Shown here: positions 60,595 through 64,000 of the stretch, one piece after another | Layout of the letters: every line of letters starts with the position of its first letter | Numbering within the stretch: position 1 is the stretch's first letter | NCBI GenBank assembly: GCA_050175015.1 | Contig: JBFXJJ010000002.1 | Location: 1 to 64,000, forward strand | DNA length: 64,000 nt | Reading direction: 5' to 3' | Source: Alphaproteobacteria bacterium | GTDB taxonomy: Bacteria > Pseudomonadota > Alphaproteobacteria > JBFXJJ01 | The notes under the pieces: model-generated | What the model saw: only the letters and a program-made list of their open reading frames with translations | The model's database searches: none | Told to the model about the DNA's origin: nothing | Translations under genes and position numbers: made by a program

Positions 60595-61065
60595 ATGGAA
60601 AAGATACCTATGACCCGTGAAGGTTTTGAGGCTTTGGAAAAAGAATTAAAAACTCTTAAGTATAAAACCCGACCTGAAATAATTAACGCCATTGCTGAAG
60701 CTAGAGAGCACGGCGATTTATCTGAGAATGCCGAATACAGTGCAGCCAAAGAACGTCAAAGCTTTACTGAAGGCAGAATTCGCGAATTAGAATCTGCAAT
60801 TAGCCGAGCTGAAGTGATTGATGTTAAAAGTTTATCCGGAAACAGCGTAAAATTTGGGGCTATTGTTATTTTGGCTGATGAAGAAACTGACGAAGAATCA
60901 ACCTATACCATAGTCGGCGACTACGAAGCCGATTTAAAAAAAGGAAGAGTATCCTTAAGCTCTCCTATTGCTAAAGCCCTTATCGGCAAAGAAATCGGAG
61001 ATTCCGTTGATGTTGCTGCTCCTGGCGGCATAAAAACCTACGAAATTTTATCCGTAAAATATTAA
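60595..61065 (+). CDS. greA: Transcription elongation factor GreA
   Basis: [28 protein letters not shown]. Confidence 0.97.
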   Translation: MEKIPMTREGFEALEKELKTLKYKTRPEIINAIAEAREHGDLSENAEYSAAKERQSFTEGRIRELESAISRAEVIDVKSLSGNSVKFGAIVILADEETDEESTYTIVGDYEADLKKGRVSLSSPIAKALIGKEIGDSVDVAAPGGIKTYEILSVKY

Positions 61066-61105
61066 TAAAAATAAAACCATATAAAATTAGGAATTTAAGA
61101 AAGCT

Positions 61106-62044
61106 ATGACTGAACATCATCTGCCATTATTGATTATTGGTTCTGGAGCAGCAGGTTTAACATCGGCCATTTATGCTGCTAGAGCAAATTTGAAACCAAC
61201 TTTAATTACAGGAATGCAAACTGGCGGCCAGTTAACAATAACAACAGATGTTGAAAATTTTCCAGGGTTTCCTGACGCAGTATCAGGTTCTGAATTAATG
61301 TCAAGAATTGAACAACAGGCAAGAAATGTTGGAGCATCAATTATAAATGACACTATTATTAAGGCTGATTTAAGCCGCAGACCTTTTATATTAACAGGTG
61401 ATTCTGGAGATATTTATAATGCTGAAGCTCTAATTATTGCAACTGGAGCGTCAGCTAAATGGCTTGGAATTCCTTCTGAAAAGAAATTTATGGGCTTTGG
61501 TGTTTCGGGCTGCGCAACTTGCGATGGCTTTTTCTATCGCAACAAGGAAGTATGTGTTGTTGGCGGCGGGAATACTGCGGTTGAAGAAGCCCTTTATCTT
61601 GCTAATATTGCATCAAAAGTTACCCTCATTCACCGTAGAGATGAATTAAGGGCAGAAAAAATTATGCAAAAACGACTTTTAGAAAATCCTAAAATAGAAG
61701 CCTGCTGGAACAGTGTTGTGGAAGAAATAATTGGTGACGAAAACCCCTTGGGCGTAACAGGCGTTAAAGTCAAAAATGTTAAAACGCAAGAAATTTCAAC
61801 CATAAAAGCTGACGGTGTCTTTATTGCTATCGGACACAAACCTAATACTGATGCCTTTAAAGATTTTCTTAAACTAGATGAAACGGGGTATATCATTACC
61901 GAAGCAAAATCTACTGCAACGTCTGTTAAAGGAGTCTTTGCCGCAGGCGATGTCCAAGACAGCAAATTCCGTCAGGCGGTAACCGCAGCAGGAACAGGTT
62001 GTATGGCCGCTATTGAAGCTGATGCCTTTCTTGCCGAAAATTAA
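61106..62044 (+). CDS. trxB: Thioredoxin reductase
   Basis: GSGAAG, GGQLTITTDVENFPG, CATCDG, GGGNTA, HRR, FAAGDV. Confidence 0.97.
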   Translation: MTEHHLPLLIIGSGAAGLTSAIYAARANLKPTLITGMQTGGQLTITTDVENFPGFPDAVSGSELMSRIEQQARNVGASIINDTIIKADLSRRPFILTGDSGDIYNAEALIIATGASAKWLGIPSEKKFMGFGVSGCATCDGFFYRNKEVCVVGGGNTAVEEALYLANIASKVTLIHRRDELRAEKIMQKRLLENPKIEACWNSVVEEIIGDENPLGVTGVKVKNVKTQEISTIKADGVFIAIGHKPNTDAFKDFLKLDETGYIITEAKSTATSVKGVFAAGDVQDSKFRQAVTAAGTGCMAAIEADAFLAEN

Positions 62045-62059
62045 ATATCCTAACAAAAC

Positions 62060-62088
62060 AAATGGCAGAGTATAATCCTCTGCCATTT
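62060..62088 (+). terminator. Intrinsic terminator after trxB
   Basis: AAATGGCAGAG / CTCTGCCATTT. Confidence 0.7.
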
Positions 62089-62525
62089 ATTGTTAACCTA
62101 TCATGTTAGATTCTATAAAAAAACAACCAAAACAAGTATATATAACCAACTAAGAACAGATTCGCTTATTAAAAACAATCACGTATTTTGAATATGAATT
62201 TAAAAAACATATTTATTTAAATTATACCCTTTTTGATATTGCATCTCTCTGAATTAATCTGACTATTACTTCAAACATTATTACAAAAGCGTGTTTTATT
62301 TAACTAAAATTACTTTAAGTTTTCATCTTAAAGCAAAAGCTTTGTTTCAACTAAAAATCATACTTAGTCTCATCTAAAGCAACACTTAGTTTTATTAAAA
62401 TATCTTTATCAAAAAATCTTTTACCTTTTTTTCCGATTTTGCTTTCTTTTTCAAAAAAAAAGAGTACATCAAAGGGGCAATTTTTTGCTTATAAAAAACA
62501 ACCTCTAAAATAAGAATTTAATAAA

Positions 62526-64000
62526 ATGAACAAACTTCTGTCTTTTGACTTCTGGAAAGAATTTTTACCAAAATCAATCAGCGTCTGGCGCTATGGATAT
62601 ACTTTAAAAGATTTAAAAAAAGATATTCTTTCTGGCTTTACCGTTTCAATCGTTGCCCTTCCCCTTTCGATGGCTCTTGCTATTGCTTCGGGAACGACGC
62701 CTGACAAAGGACTTTTCACAGCTATTGTTGCAGGATTTATAATATCAGCAATCGGAGGCAGTCGTTTTCAAATCGGAGGCCCAACGGGAGCTTTTGTTGT
62801 TCTCGTGTTTGAAACTATTCAAAAGCACGGCTATGAAGGCCTTGCCATTACAACTATTATGGCAGGGATTATTCTTGTTATTTCTGCCCTTTTAAGAATT
62901 GGACGATATATTAAGTATATTCCATACCCTGTTATTACTGGTTTCACATCTGGCATTGCTCTAATTATTTTTACAACCCAGATTAATGATATTTTTGGTT
63001 TCGGCATTAAAAACCAACCTGATAATTTTTTCTTAAAATGGCTGGTTTATTTTAAAAATCTTGGAAACATTCATTATCCAACATTTTTAATAGCAATACT
63101 AACTCTTGCTATCATTGTTGCTGTTAGAAAATTCAAGCCTTTGTGGCCTTCGTTTCTAATCGGTATGATTATCTCAACTCTTGTATGCCATTTTTTACAT
63201 CTTGATATTGCGACTATTGGTTCTAAATTCGGAGATATTCCCTCATCTCTTCCTACCCCTTCGCTGCCGCAAAATATCACCATTGACCGAATTAAAATTT
63301 TATTCCCTGATGCCTGCATTATAGCTTTCCTGGCAGGAATTGAATCCTTGCTTTCAGCTATTGTTGCTGACGGAATGACAGGAAGCAAACACCGCTCTAA
63401 TTGTGAACTTTTGGCTCAAGGTATCGCCAATATTATCGCCCCAATATTTGGAGGGATACCCGCAACTGGTGCGATTGCAAGAACTGCAACCAATATAAAG
63501 TCAGGAGCGCGTTCACCTTTTTCTGGTATGTTTCACGCCTTATTCATTCTGCTTTTTATGATGTTTTTAGCTCCTTTAGCTAAACATATTCCGCTTGCTG
63601 TACTCGGAGCTATTTTGGTCATTGTGGCTTGGAATATGAGCGAGATTAACCACTTTAGAAATATTATGATTGCACCTCGAGGCGATAGTATGGTTTTGCT
63701 GGCAACTTTTATTCTCACCGTTGCAATCGATTTAACCTTTGCCATAAAAACAGGGGTTATATTATCAGCAATAGTCTTTATGCATAGAATGTCACAAGCG
63801 ATTGACCTAAAATCTTTTATTACACCTATTAATAAGGACAACGTCTTTTATCAACCTAATTTTGATGCCTATAGCACGCTTGAAATGCCTGAAGGTGTAG
63901 AAGCTTTTAAACTAAGAGGGCCTCTGTTTTTTGGTGTAAGCGCCCATATTGTTGATATGATAAACAATATTTCTCACCCAAGAACCTTAATTATTGCTCT
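62526..64000 (+). CDS. SulP-family anion transporter, truncated by the window end (not in ORF track)
   Basis: Manual translation MNKLLSFDFWKEFLPK...DILSGFTVSIVALPLSMALAIASG...GGSRFQIGGPTGAF...ESLLSA...ATGAIARTATN; STAS start LRGPLFFG. Confidence 0.93.
   Translation, partial: MNKLLSFDFWKEFLPKSISVWRYGYTLKDLKKDILSGFTVSIVALPLSMALAIASGTTPDKGLFTAIVAGFIISAIGGSRFQIGGPTGAFVVLVFETIQKHGYEGLAITTIMAGIILVISALLRIGRYIKYIPYPVITGFTSGIALIIFTTQINDIFGFGIKNQPDNFFLKWLVYFKNLGNIHYPTFLIAILTLAIIVAVRKFKPLWPSFLIGMIISTLVCHFLHLDIATIGSKFGDIPSSLPTPSLPQNITIDRIKILFPDACIIAFLAGIESLLSAIVADGMTGSKHRSNCELLAQGIANIIAPIFGGIPATGAIARTATNIKSGARSPFSGMFHALFILLFMMFLAPLAKHIPLAVLGAILVIVAWNMSEINHFRNIMIAPRGDSMVLLATFILTVAIDLTFAIKTGVILSAIVFMHRMSQAIDLKSFITPINKDNVFYQPNFDAYSTLEMPEGVEAFKLRGPLFFGVSAHIVDMINNISHPRTLIIA

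Noticed and set aside
800-63841. Many antisense or nested ORFs in the track (e.g. 800-1195, 6428-6841, 35151-35555, 57217-57621, 63074-63388)
   Set aside because: They are shadows of well-supported genes and have no recognisable motifs
1-64000. CRISPR arrays, prophage, IS elements, defence systems or alternative genetic code
   Set aside because: No repeat-spacer arrays, integrase, transposase or phage genes seen; conserved genes read through intact in code 11

Overview
Low-GC (roughly mid-30s %, estimated by eye) chromosomal window from an alphaproteobacterium of Rhodospirillales-like gene order, probably host-associated or streamlined. Housekeeping genes: gatCAB, yqgF, alaS, recA with alpha-type LexA boxes, ettA, tRNA-Ile2, rpoD-dnaG-yqeY, greA, trxB and a truncated SulP. 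It also holds a GlgE-route alpha-glucan cluster (glgE, treS-mak, glgB, glgX, malQ), cckA, a flagellar cluster with two sigma54 promoters, and a TetR-MFP-RND efflux unit with a palindromic operator. No CRISPR array, rRNA, integrase or transposase is seen. The best candidate for an undescribed system is at 49.3-52.6 kb: a Clp/Hsp100 ATPase with no N-domain, a degenerate first ATPase module, both pore tyrosines lost and a long acidic then PPKP-repeat tail. It lies directly downstream of an unknown protein that has a second paralogue at 397-693. Other highlights: a three-domain FlaF with an exact 315-bp period, an orphan AapJ-like binding protein lacking the carboxylate-binding Arg, a terminator in the greA leader, and the absence of carAB and pyrBC from their usual positions.
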